A DNA stretch of 64,000 nt from Eledone cirrhosa (taxonomy: Eukaryota), in contig OZ024745.1 in assembly GCA_964016885.1 (NCBI GenBank), positions 117,552,001-117,616,000 of the forward strand. The letters are read 5' to 3'. Shown in pieces: positions 38,621 to 51,223 of the stretch. How positions within the stretch are numbered: position 1 is the stretch's first letter; each line of letters begins with the position of its first letter. The notes beneath the pieces are model-generated. The model had not been told where the DNA came from. It searched no databases and worked only from the letters and a program-made list of their open reading frames with translations. Position numbers and translations under genes: made by a program.

Positions 38621-39111
38621 TGAGTAACTAAAGGGTTAATGTCTTAAACAGATCTTCACATCTCTAATTACTGAACAGTGGCTTTACTTTTATGTAGAAC
38701 ATAAACAAATATCACCTACAATGAATGGTGAGAAGACACAAGAACACTTAAACATGTTCACATACATACGTATGTCTATGTGTCATATATATATTTATAT
38801 ATACATATGTACACACATACATATGTGTGTGAGTAATATATATTTATATATATAAACACACATACACTGGTGATGTGGAAAGTCTATTAGCACCAGCATT
38901 CTGTCCTAGACAAAGTAAATTGTGTAAATGCATGCAAAGAATATATATATATAAGTGTGCGTGTGTGTTCAAATATAACATCTATATTAATCGAAATGTA
39001 ATGTAGATAGAAATGGAATAGTACAAGAAACCTTATCTAATCTTGAAAATACAGTCACTTAATTTTCATTTATTTTTTAATTTTTATTATTATTTTTTTT
39101 TTAATTTCTAG

Positions 39112-39247
39112 ATTCAGAAGAGGCCTTGCTATAAAAATGGACAATATGTTTGAAGGACTAATCCAACAACAAAGTAATTTGGTTCAACACGTCCAGAATA
39201 TGATGGTTAAGAGTGACTTGGACAATACATCCAATGAAAAACTGTAA
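39112..39247 (+). CDS. Coding exon (FRRGLAIKMDNMFEGLIQQQSNLVQHVQNMMVKSDLDNTSNEKL*); 3' boundary uncertain
   Basis: Long polypyrimidine tract plus ttctAG acceptor. Phase-2 entry is compatible with upstream exons and the frame is open to TAA at 39245-39247. It may instead splice out at GTtaag (~39206) or GTaaat (39244). Confidence 0.7.
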
Positions 39248-39326
39248 ATGAGAATTTCAGTATTTTAGTGGAGTTTATTTAGATGCATGGTTGTGTGAAC
39301 TGTTTTTATTTTATTGTTAATTTTAT

Positions 39327-39550
39327 GGGGGGGGGGGGGAGGCGATGAACTGGCAGTGTCATCACAGCGTCGGACAAAATGCTTTGAGGCAGTTAGTTAC
39401 AGCCCTTTATGTTCTGAGTTACAAATCCTGTCGAGGTCAACTTTGCCTGCTGGGGTTGATAAAATAAAGTACCAGTCAAATACTAGGGGGGTCAATATAA
39501 TTACCTTGCCCCTCTCCATGAATTGTTGGCTTTGTGTCTAAATGACAGAT
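39327..39550 (+). mobile_element. Octopus-type SINE (older copy, poly-G 5' end)
   Basis: Same body as 14212-14420, with a degenerate TSD. Confidence 0.8.
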
Positions 39551-40459
39551 AATTATTAATTTCATAGAAAATGTTAATTGTGAAAATAGGAACATCATTG
39601 ACCCGGAATTTTCTTGTAAATGCATAGCTGTAACTATTAGATTTGCTATAACCTCCTTATGATATTTTGTAGAACATTTTGCTATTAACACTATCTATCA
39701 CTACATCTATTTAAGATAAATACTAAGGCCATATATATATATCATCATCATCATCATCATCGTTTAATGTCCATTTTCCATGCTAGCATGGGTTAGACGA
39801 GTTGTCTCATTAGAGGCAAATTAGGTCAAGTGACCGTGTCTTGTTCATATAGAACTGTTTCTGGCTAGGTTTCTACAGCTGGATGCCCTTCCAAATGCCA
39901 ACCACATTTACAGTGTGGGCTGGGTGCTTTTTGTCGTGACTCCTACACAACCATTTTACTGTGTAGGCTGTATGCTGTTTGTCGTGACTCCTACATGACC
40001 ACTTTATATATATATAATGTTGTCAAAAGGTGTTACTTAAAATTTCATATATGCCCAGGTTTATGTAATGCATTATTACTGGAATAATACAATGTAGGTG
40101 TCATGCTTAGAATTCATCACAACACCTTAATTCTGATGATAATGTTCTACATAAGCTTGGCCATATATGAAGCTCTGAGTAAGTTTTTTTTGAAAAGATA
40201 CTATGTAAATATATAATATTTACCTCTATTTTTAAATATTGAATGCTCCCTCGTTTGTCATATGAAACATGTTCAAACAATTACACACACACATCATCAT
40301 CATCATCATCATCATCACCGTATAACATCCACCTTGAAAACGTGGGTTTGATAGGTTGTCACATTTGAAGCAGGTTGGGTCAGGTGACCATATCCTGCTC
40401 GTACAGAACTGTTTCTGGCTAGATTTCTACAGCTGGATACCTTTCCTAATGCCAATCAC

Positions 40460-40839
40460 TTTGCAGTGTGGGCTGGGTGCTTTTGCCATGACTCCTACAC
40501 GACCACTTTACAGTGTGGGCTGGGTGTTTTTGCCATGACTCCTACACGACCACTTTACAGTGTGGGCTGGGTGTTTTTGCCATGACTCCTACACGACCAC
40601 TTTACAGTGTGGGCTGGGTGTTTTTGCCATGACTCCTACACGACCACTTTACAGTGTGGGCTGGGTGTTTTTGCCATGACTCCTACACGACCACTTTACA
40701 GTGTGGGCTGGGTGTTTTTGCCATGACTCCTACACGACCACTTTACAGTGTGGGCTGGGTGTTTTTGCCATGACTCCTACACGACCACTTTACAGTGTGG
40801 GCTGGGTGTTTTTGCCATGACTCCTACACGACCACTTTA
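40460..40839. repeat. 47-bp minisatellite x8 forming the head of a minus-strand RTE-tailed SINE (40290-40839)
   Basis: GACCAC recurs at 40501, 40548, 40595 ... 40830. Unit TTTACAGTGTGGGCTGGGTGTTTTTGCCATGACTCCTACACGACCAC. Confidence 0.95.
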
Positions 40840-42571
40840 TATGTGTGTGTGCAAAAAGTAAACAAAAAAACCCCAACAGATGATGAAGTACAATGAAGAT
40901 ATATATTAGTTTCATACTTAATATAGTAGTCCTTGATCAGAAAATAGAATGAGAAATTAAAACAGAAATAAAAAGATAGAGAGGAGTGGGTAGGAGCAGA
41001 AGGGTAATATATATATATGTCTTAAATATCTGCAAGTAGTATATTCTTGGTAGTTTTCAAGTATAACATCATTTCTTCTTTATTTTCAACTACTTAAATT
41101 CTAAAACTTTTGGTCAGTCAGTCTTAATATAGCGTATATACTCGTATATAAACCAAGAAGTGTGACAAAAAATTGGGAGGGTTGGGTGGATTATATATGA
41201 GGTCAACATGAAATAAAGTGTTTTGTTCAAGAACACAACACACCACTGGGTCTGGGATTCAAACTCACAATATGAACAATAAAACAGACAAATATGTGTT
41301 ATTTGTAGACAAGGCTAGTAAAATGAAGAGTATAAATGGAATGTAATGTTAATATTTTAATATTAAATGCTAAATAATTGAATTTGAAAACAAAATCAAA
41401 TTATACTGGCAGATAATGAAGAAGGATAAAAGATCTGAGAAATGAAACTAAATACTATTTTATTTAACCCTTTAGCATCTAAACTGGCCAGAATTCTCTC
41501 ACCTCTTTCTGTTCAAACCAGGCATAACCAGCTACTCATACTTATGTTAAGGTATTGTTCTCAAAATGAATAATATTGAAATCTCGTAGATTTCTGTGAG
41601 ATAAAGTGTTTACCATGAAAATACAATAGTATATATAGAGTAATGTAAATGTTATGTGAGATAAAGTGTTTACCATAAAAATACAATAGAAAATATAGAG
41701 TAATGTAAATCGTTAACTCGGCCATTTATCTCACTATCTTTTTTAGATCAAATATTGTTGGGTTTTGTTTCAGTACTAAATATAAACATCCTAAAGTGGA
41801 TGGGAAAATGTATTTGAAAGAAATATTAAAATATAGACTATACATAGAAAATGAACCTTCTAAACATTTAACTCTCATAACATTGTTACTCATTTTCCAT
41901 AATGACAGAGTGTCATTGTTTTAATTTCAATGCAATCTATATGGGATGCCTCAATCAGCAACCTCTTTGCTCTTTCACATACCCTAGACACTGTAGCAGA
42001 GGCGGAGTAGGTGGGAGTGGGGTCACTGCAGCATCCATAGTTGAACAGAATAAATTGCTGAAATACCATAATCACATTTTTAAGCATTCGGAAGATTTAA
42101 AAGAGTTGAGTCACTAACAACGAAGTTTTTTTCTCAATGCTGGCAGTTTGACTTGCTGAAGTATTCAGTGATGCTCATGAGAGTGCTTAGCTATTCCAAC
42201 ATCTCAGGATTGCTATCACTTCCAGTAATGGCATAAATGTTTTGGGTTGCTTTAAAAATATTTGGAGGGCCACATCAGCATCCCCTAAGTTACTGTGTAA
42301 TTGGGGATTGTATGTTGTTATTGTTTTTTTTATTAATTTGTTTTTTATAAATCCTATTCATTGCATAAATTGTATTATATTTATCATTTCAATGTAAATA
42401 GCATAAAATGACAATTATAATTTTTTTTTTTTTAAACAATAAAAAGTATCTCAGACCACATACTAAACATGTAAAACTAATATATTTGTAACAAAAGTTT
42501 TCTCAAAGTCTAAAATTACCATTTTGATCGTTATATTTCTTTGTTTTCGCTTGGTTAATCTTCTTTACAAC

Positions 42572-42699
42572 TTTGGTTGACCTCATAGCTCAGTAAAACT
42601 CCACTAGCTCCTATTTGGTTGACCTCATAGCTCAGTAAGTAAAACTCCACTAGCTCCTATTTGGTTGACCTCATAGCTCAGTAAAACTCCACTAGCTCC
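42572..42699. repeat. 42-46-bp tandem repeat x3
   Basis: TTTGGTTGACCTCATAGCTCAGTAAAACTCCACTAGCTCC at 42572, 42614 and 42660. Confidence 0.9.
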
Positions 42700-44699
42700 A
42701 GTATTTATTTACAGCTAAATCAACTGGCTGTTACAAATTAAATATTATAATTACAGACAATTGCAAGAGCTCAGAAAAGATTAAGTTAAAAGTGATTAAA
42801 TTAAACAATCAAAATATCAGCCACTCTTTGATACGTTTATGGTCAAGCCTGTGGCAGTGGAGACTTCCAGCATTCTTGGCCTCTGGACCTCATCCCTACT
42901 AACTGCTATCAGGACAGAGTTGGCTACAAGGTATAATGAATGTTCCAGCATGTCTCCCTCACCATCCCCCAGGCAATGTCTTCTCCATCCTGCCCAACCA
43001 CAAGGCAGTGATCTATATTAACATAAAACTATTTTAAACTAAAAGAAGACAGTTCCATAAATACTCCTTAGATTTCACTCTTGATATCAGGCATGTTTCC
43101 TTTTTGTTGAATTATTTTTAATATATAATAGAATTATCACCAAAACATTTTACAATCATTTTACCTGTTGTTTTGTTTTTCCCACATTTTCTCTGCAAAG
43201 TTAGAGAGAAAATACTCTAGATTAAAAACTAATCTCATCATAATCTCACAATATTTGGTTTTGTTTTAGATAATACTTTTAATGTTTAATTCAGTTTTAT
43301 ATTTTTTACTTTAGACCAATTTTGTTTCTTGTTATTTTTATAATTAATTTTTATTTTGTTGTATGTTCAACTAATTAAATTAATTTCCCATTCGTTTTTG
43401 TTAGTTATTAATTTTATTTTAGCTCATTGAATTTTTGCTTATGGTTTTATTTATATATTTGTTTATCTTATTTCTATAGCAGATTGCTTCTTTACACTGT
43501 TGTGTTCAGAAAGTGATGTGTGGTGTGCTAAAAATACTTTATTCAATTTAAATAGATTTTCAGTAAATCTGTTCTTTCTTTCATCCTGAAAAAATGTATC
43601 CGAAGATGTTTAATATGTTTATTAAATTGAATTTATTATTGATTAGGATTGAGCAGTAAATACATGTTTACATTTTAATTAAATACAGTGTTAATAAAAA
43701 GTAGACTTAAATGAATGTGCAAACAAAGTAGACTTAAAGAATGTGCAAACAAAGAAATAAGAAATAAGAATGTGCAAACAAAGAAATTTGTAATTTCTCA
43801 TACATTTCTACATTATATATAAATACCTACATATTGACATATGACCAGAATTACACCGAATTGTCATAGTGGGTGAGTGAGTGTGTGTGTGTGTGTGTGA
43901 GCACATGGGTGTGTGTGATTGAGGCAAGCTTTTCATTGTTATATTTCATTAAACCTTTCAATACCCATCTGTCTAAAACCAGTCCTGGTTTTATGATACA
44001 AAACTGCCAATTTTAAAGTGTTCATATTTACATTAAAAGCTTCCATCTTAATTTTTTTTTAAAGAAATATTTTGTTAAATGATGTTTCAAATAACAGCTT
44101 ACTAACAAAAATGTTGGCCATTTTATTAAATTTTTCAAAATTATTTGAAACACATAAGAAAAGTATTTTGTTAGAAATAGGGTAACAAATGATCAAAAGG
44201 TTTGTTAAATAATTTTTTTAATGCTGCCATGAAACGTCATTAAGAGAGTAAAAGGGAAAAGTTGACTGGGATTTGGGTTACATTTGTATCTATATCAGTT
44301 TTGTGAAATAAAGGTAAGGCAAGTATTAGTGTATTAATTAGCTAAGCATAGAGCAGAATAGTTCTACTGAAGGGTGTAAATCAGGTGATATACTACACTA
44401 CATATTATAGAGGCGGTATTTAGAAGAAACAGTGATATTAGGGGGAGATAATTCTCTTACTCTGCCCTGCCTTGTTAATGCAGTATCACTGCTCCCCCTC
44501 TATCACCATCTCCCTCTCTCTCTCTCTCTCTCTCTACAAACATATATATAGAGAGACACATATGTTTAGAAACAATGAGCAGATTTTGAAATTTAGGAGA
44601 AAATGAGAAGCTTCATCAGATTTTAGTGACTATAGAAAATAGTCTAAATAATAAGGCATATAAGCTCCCTTTAATGGGAAAATATGAATGTTATCATTT

Positions 44700-45640
44700 C
44701 GTAAATATCATCATCAATATTTTACATCCATTGTTCACACTTCTATTGGTTGGAGGGTTCTTTCTCAGTCCAGTATATCTCCACTTGTCATGTTCCTTTG
44801 TCATCTCCTCCCTTAGCTTTAGTGATCTGAGATCAGCTCCCATCACTTCCATCCAGGGCTTCCTTAGCCTTCCTCTACTGCAGCCTCCTTCCACTGGGAT
44901 TACTTGACAATTCTTCACCCAGCAATCATCATCCATGCACATCACATGTCCATACCAACGTAGTCTCCTCTCCTGCACACTACCTCTGATTCCTCTTATA
45001 CCTAGTTTCTTCCTCAGTCCATCCATGCTTTGTTGTTCTCCCACATTAACATTGCAAGTCCACTGAAGTATGCTTGCCTCATTTCTCTCCAATCTGCACA
45101 TATCATCTACAGTCATTGCCTATTGCACTACCATGCAGCATAGCACATACATCTGACCTTTCATTCATAGTGTGATTTTTTTTTTTTTTTTTTTGGTTAG
45201 CAGGAGTAGCAGTTCCCTAAACTTCCTCCATCCTTTCCTTTCCGTTACTTGTCTCTCTGAGTGCCCTTCTCCACTGCTAATTATATCACCTAAGTAGCAG
45301 AAGTTATCAACCACTTCTATGGATCTTTCCTGAGATTGGAAAAGGTTTATAATATTATTATTGACATTCTGAATATTTGACGTCCCTGAATATTTACCAC
45401 ATACAAAGTCTTTCTTTTCTGTTATTCTGCCTATTATCGCACTACATCTCTTGTGTACCCAACATCTGCACTGTGTACATCATATAGAGTTTATACCTAC
45501 TCCTTTTCTACATATTAGGCAAGGTAACTTCCCTGATGAGATTGGTGCCCAATTCTCTTTCCTACTTATTAACTTTTTGTTTTTTTACTAAATTTACTCT
45601 AAACTTTCTTGATTCTAAGTCCTGTTTTCATAGCCAGAAT
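44700..45640 (-). mobile_element. RTE LINE 3' ~900 bp, decayed
   Basis: MCRLERNEASILQW..VQERRLRWYGHV..GRLRKPWMEV, with upstream ISSGKLPCLICRKGVG. Confidence 0.9.
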
Positions 45641-48408
45641 TTATAGAATATCAATACAACATGGAAATAATATCAATACAATATCGAAACAACTTCAATA
45701 CAGCATTGAAACAACATGGATACACATTAATACAATCTATATTATAAATGAAAAACTGTCTGCCCATCATACTTTATATATAATAATAGGTGGTGAATTG
45801 GCAGAGTCGTTAAGATGTCGGATAGAATGCTTTACAGTATTCGCCCCACCTCATTGTGTACTCTGAGTTCAAATCCTGCCGAGGTCAATAAAAAAAGTAC
45901 CAGTCCAGAACTGGGGTCAATTCTTCCTCTATTGAAAAAATCAGCTGTGTTCAGACCTGGATAGGGTTGGGCATCGCCTGGTTTAAAAGTGCCCTAGACA
46001 TGCCATATGATGGTGCTTCCACAAGGAGTTATGGGATCTTTATCTTTATGTAATACATACAGTTTTTTGCGGGGGTTTGTCTGTGTGTTTCTGTATGTCC
46101 TTCAACATATAAACAATGCCACAGACTTCAAAAAAAGACTTTCACTCTAATGACAGGTTATTGTTGTTAAGAGAGTGTGTGTGTGAAAGATAGATAGATA
46201 GGTAGAGAGTGTTGTCACCATGATAACTAATGAGTTTTTATTGAAAATGTGGGCAAGCCTGTCAACAAGTGTGTGTGTTTCTGTACATCCTTCAACATAT
46301 AAACAATGAATGAGACTTCAAAAAAAGGACTATGCCCTGTCTGTCACACTTATATGTATATAATACATATAGTTCTTTTTTTTTTATTATTTGTGTATTT
46401 TACCGGCAGCAGAGAGATGGGTAACGACTTAGTATTGATACAATATCGAAACAATATATGTTTTCTTCTTTGACTAAGCTGCCTCTCACCATTTTTATCT
46501 TTCTTCCTTTTCAGTTGACATATTTTGGTTTGTAGCATTGTTTTTTTTATCTCTTTATTGGTGTAATTTGTCAAAAGGCTTAACTCGTCCAGTGTCTACG
46601 TGTTTTGTCGTGGCCCAATAGGTACTAAAACTATAGTGATTTCCAGAGGTTGGTTGAGAAGAAGGACCTGCCCGTTTTTTTCCATTGTCTTTATCCTGTG
46701 AGTTCCCCAGTTTTGGATATATATATATTTAGAAGTTATGGATGTTTAGAGGTGTCATCATTGCTAGATAGTAAAGTTGTCTGATCTGGTTTTTAGGTTG
46801 ATTCATTAGCACATAGGACAAAATACTTTGCAGTATTTCTTCAAGCTGTCAGTTCTCTGGGTTAAAATCCCACTGAGGTGAACTTTACCTTCCATCCTTT
46901 CAAGGGTGATAAGATATAAAGTATAATACCTGTCTAGGAAAGTGATATTTGTTAAAGTGTTAAATATAATACTTTACATTATTTCTTCTGTCTCTTTGTA
47001 TTCTGAGTTCAAATTTCACTATGGCATTCTTAGGTGGTAGACTTAATCCATCCACCTGTTTAATGCCACCACTTGATCCTGGGTGTCTTTAACCTTTTCT
47101 TGATTGTATCTCTAATGAAATACTCTCTATTTCAATTAATTAATAAAAAATTTCGAGGGATTTACTAAAATTATATTGGAAAAGTTGGGTTTAAATAGGA
47201 ACTCTTTTAAAATGAGTAGGTTTGTTCCCGAGAAACAGAGGTGGTTTGGGTCTGATTGGTAATGAAAGGGCTAATGGATTCCACTCTGTTGCAAGCATTC
47301 TGGTTAGGTCCCTGGTTTGTGAATACCTTCGTCCCTCTTTCCAACCAGTCATGGAGGCCCTGAAAAGAGCCATGGTTCTGCCTTTCCCACCCTGGATGAC
47401 CAGTAAAAAATGTGTGCATGTGTGTTAATTATTAACAGCTTCAATCTTTAATATTAGCTATATGACACATTGCACCAAGATAAGCCCAAGAACTGTTTCT
47501 GGCTAGGTTTCTACAGCTGGTTGTCCTTCCTAATGCCAACCTCATTTACAGTGAGTACTGGGTGCTTTTTGTTGTGTCATATATATAACAATATTCCTCT
47601 GTTCGTGACCACTTTACAGTGTAAGCTGGGCACTTTTTGTTATGACAAAACAAGGTATTTGAATATTTAGTTTGCCAGAAATTGATGTATTTGCTGCCAA
47701 TCAAAATTTATCTATGGTCAGTTTAAACAATTTGTCCATTCTGTCCTATCTTAAGAATTCGGGGACAGTCTGGCAGATGTGCAACTGTAATTCAGACACT
47801 ATTTCCAGGTGTAAAGTCGTTGGTGATAGGAAGGGCCTCCAACCATACTTGTGTCAAAGACATGACAACCTCTCCTGTGCACTCGATAAAACATAAGTCC
47901 ATACATAAGTAATATGCAGACCCCTATCCCTCTGGCTTGTCATTAGCCCTGCTTCAGTACTGACTTAGTCTATGTAGACCTGTCCAACCCTCACTAACAG
48001 GGAAAGTGGATATTAAACAATGATGATGATTACTCAGATATGTCACAACAGAGGTGTTGTCTAGTCTAAAAGGACATGAATATTATTCATTTTGGAGCAA
48101 GAGACTTGTAATGGAAGGTCAGCTACTAGAGTCTCCTGTTAATTTATTTCATTAATTGGTACCTTTAATAGTTCTTGTGCATTCTATCTCTCTCCATCTG
48201 AGTATGCCGATCAGTTGTTCTCCAATCAATATCACAGGCTTCAGTGCAGAATTGAGGACCAGGTTCACCTGGCTGTATAAGGTAAAATACCAAATTAGTG
48301 TTTCGGACCTATCACTAAAAGATCATTTTTCACTTCAACAGACACATATATTACAATCATAATAACCTTTGTGGTGCTTAAGTTCTGATATTATATCTTT
48401 CTCATTAG

Positions 48409-48584
48409 TATCGGTAGAGGGTCAGACGCCATGCTTTGCAGCACAGTTGCGTATCTTTACGAACTGAGTTCAAATCCCGCTGAGGTTAACTTTGCCTTTC
48501 ATCCTTACGGGGTCGATAAATTAAAGTACCAGTAATGTACTGGGTAATTGCTGGCCTTGTGCCAAAAGTAGAAACAATTATAAG
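48409..48584 (+). mobile_element. Octopus-type SINE, slightly 5'-truncated
   Basis: 11-bp TSD TTTCTCATTAG (48398-48408, 48585-48595). Confidence 0.88.
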
Positions 48585-48829
48585 TTTCTCATTAGACTTG
48601 TAATGCTGTAGCTAACAATTTATCAATGAACTTAGTTACTGCTCTAACTTTAGTATATTTTGGTCATCTCTGTACAGCTCATAATAATGTTATGCTTCAT
48701 ATCTGCTGCTGGTGTCATTGCCATGGTGATCATATACAAGCTAAAAATTAGGAAATTGCCATTATCTTCTTAAGTGTTAAAAAACGGATTTTTAGCTGAT
48801 CAGACTGAAGCAATGATATGTATTTTGCT

Positions 48830-48960
48830 CCGACATCCATGTAACTCATTACTAAATGTCCAGTCTCTCTGAGTGAAGCGAATACAGGATTCAACAGTTG
48901 AGTAAATAATATTAGCATGGAGCTCAATCTATTAGACAAGTCTTCGAATTGCCATGGTTG
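48830..48960 (-). mobile_element. DIRS-type retrotransposon RT remnant
   Basis: LSNRLSSMLILFTQLLNPVFASLRETGHLVMSYMD resembles the DIRS RT segment LPxGLSSAPRxFTKLLKPVxAxLRxxGxxxxxYLDD. Confidence 0.55.
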
Positions 48961-51223
48961 ACTTTCCTTGAGATATTTATCACAAGGATGACTGAGCACA
49001 GTAAAGTACCCCAAGGGTTGATTGAGGCTAGATAATAATTTCCTGACAGCAATAAGCTTCAGTGAGGTCCCCGCCCCGTGCCACGGTATTAATTGTTTTG
49101 CTTTTATACCGGCCCTATTCGCGACATTCGAATTGTATGGGATTAAAATATTTTGTTAATTTATTTTCACCTTAATCAATAAAGCTAGCGCAGTTATGTC
49201 CCTTAGAACGCTCAATTGTCTCCCTTACATTGTTGATTTGGATTCAAGCACTAATGTCTGGGCTGGGGACAGTTTAATTAAACTTTAATTGATAATCTTG
49301 CTCTGTTGACAAAATTAACACTCGGGGAAGGACTAAACACCAGTTTTTGGTAAGAAAGCCTTAATTATTTTCCGACTGGGATATTATTGTTTGAGTCAGT
49401 GTCAAAATTCACTGTGGGTTCTGATTGATGTATTTGCCAAAGAGGCTATTAAAAGCTTACCTCGTCTGTGTGTAAATTTAACATGCTTGGTTCCATCTGT
49501 ATAGAGGAATGTGTCGGCCTTTGTATATTGTTTCAAGAACTAATAGTTATGATCTGATCATTTAGGTGCTGGGCAAAAGCTAGTATTGGAGCTGGAATCC
49601 AATTGGCAACCTGCAGCATGGTACTGCTTTCTTTGCACATACTGCATGCCCCTTGTAAAGTTGATGTCATGGGATGATATTTAAGCTTGAGTTATGTCTG
49701 CTTTGAGGTATTAGTTTCGACTCTCTGCTCTCTGAGATCAACTTTGCCTTTCATTCTTTTGAGGTCAATAAAAAAAAATACCAGTAAAACATCCAGCCCA
49801 CACTAAAATGGTCATGTAGGTGTCACAACAAAACGCACTCAGCACACACTGTAAAGTGGTTGTGTAAGAGACACGGCAAAAAGCACCCAGCACACACTGT
49901 AAATGTGCATCCAGCCGTAAAAAACCAGCCCAAAACAGTCCTATATGAGTGAGACACGGTCACCCGACGCAACTTGCCTCAAATGGGACAAACCTGTCTA
50001 TCACATGCTAGCATGGAAGATGGGCGTTAAACGATGATGATGATGATGAGTACTGGGGGTCGATTCTTCCTCTATATCTCTTTATCACTTCTTTTCTTTC
50101 ACTCTCTATCCTTCTCTGGAAGAAATCATCTATATTCACACCTGGAGAGGAGATGGGTGCTGTATGATAATGCAACGGCCCTACAACCCTCTCAGTAGTT
50201 ACAGGATCATACACATGTCTGCTTTGACCATTCATGACACTTTCAGCAGCACACAACTCATCTTTCAAGTCCTGAAGTTACTTTAACAAATCATCCACGT
50301 TGACTACTTAATTTGTTTGATCCATTACAGAAGTGTGTATATTTAATGTTTGTCTGATTTTATTAGTTCTTTGCATAGACTGCCCAATTCAAACCTGATA
50401 CTACTGAGATGTGTTGTGTTTTGCTGTTTCAATGTTTGTCAGATACTGTGAGTGAGTGAAGGAGGGCATTTGTTGTTTAAAAAAGGCAAATCCACAAAAG
50501 GAGATTGAAAAAGTTTTCATGGAGCGACGGTGAGATAAAACAAACTGAAAGATTGTATATTTTCTGTTTTAAAAAAGAGTCCCTCCCATTCTCTCTCTCT
50601 CTCTCTCTTTTCAACTCTTTATCTCACTCTATTCCTCTCACATACAATGTTCACATTCATCTGTTTGTGTGTATAAATTCATATATATATACATTATATG
50701 CATTTACATATAGACCATTAAAAAACACAAGCAGCTGGTTAGACCCTTAAATAATGAGGGGCCTCAAAATAATCAATAGGCATGAATTTCTTTTCATTTC
50801 TTATGAGACCTGGGGTAATTTTTTTAATTGTTAGTCCCACCAAGTTTTAATCTGGCATTGTGTGAATATGTGTGTACATATATATATATAGAGAGAGAGA
50901 GAGATTTGTGTATATAAAAGGTAAACAGAAATAACAAAGTGAACAGCACAATATATGGAACAAATATATTAGTCTAACGCTTGAAATAACAGGGAGAGGG
51001 TTGCATGTTTAAATATGATTAGTTGTTTATTTACAATCCTGTCTCTCTTATTGAGGTATATGTGTATTTAGTTGTCTATGAATTCATATAAACACTTGCA
51101 TTTCTCTGTGTGTGATGTGTATGTCACTAAGACTGCAGGAGTATGTTTATTAACTGGCGTTTATTTAAATATCTTTGTAAAAACTATATAAAGTTAAATC
51201 ATATAGGTTTAGCAAAAAAAGAG

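Noticed and set aside
40460-40839. CRISPR-like repeat
   Set aside because: Contiguous identical 47-bp units without spacers; part of a SINE head.
45530-45545. CTGATGA motif
   Set aside because: Antisense of RTE coding sequence (ISSGK), with no hammerhead stems.
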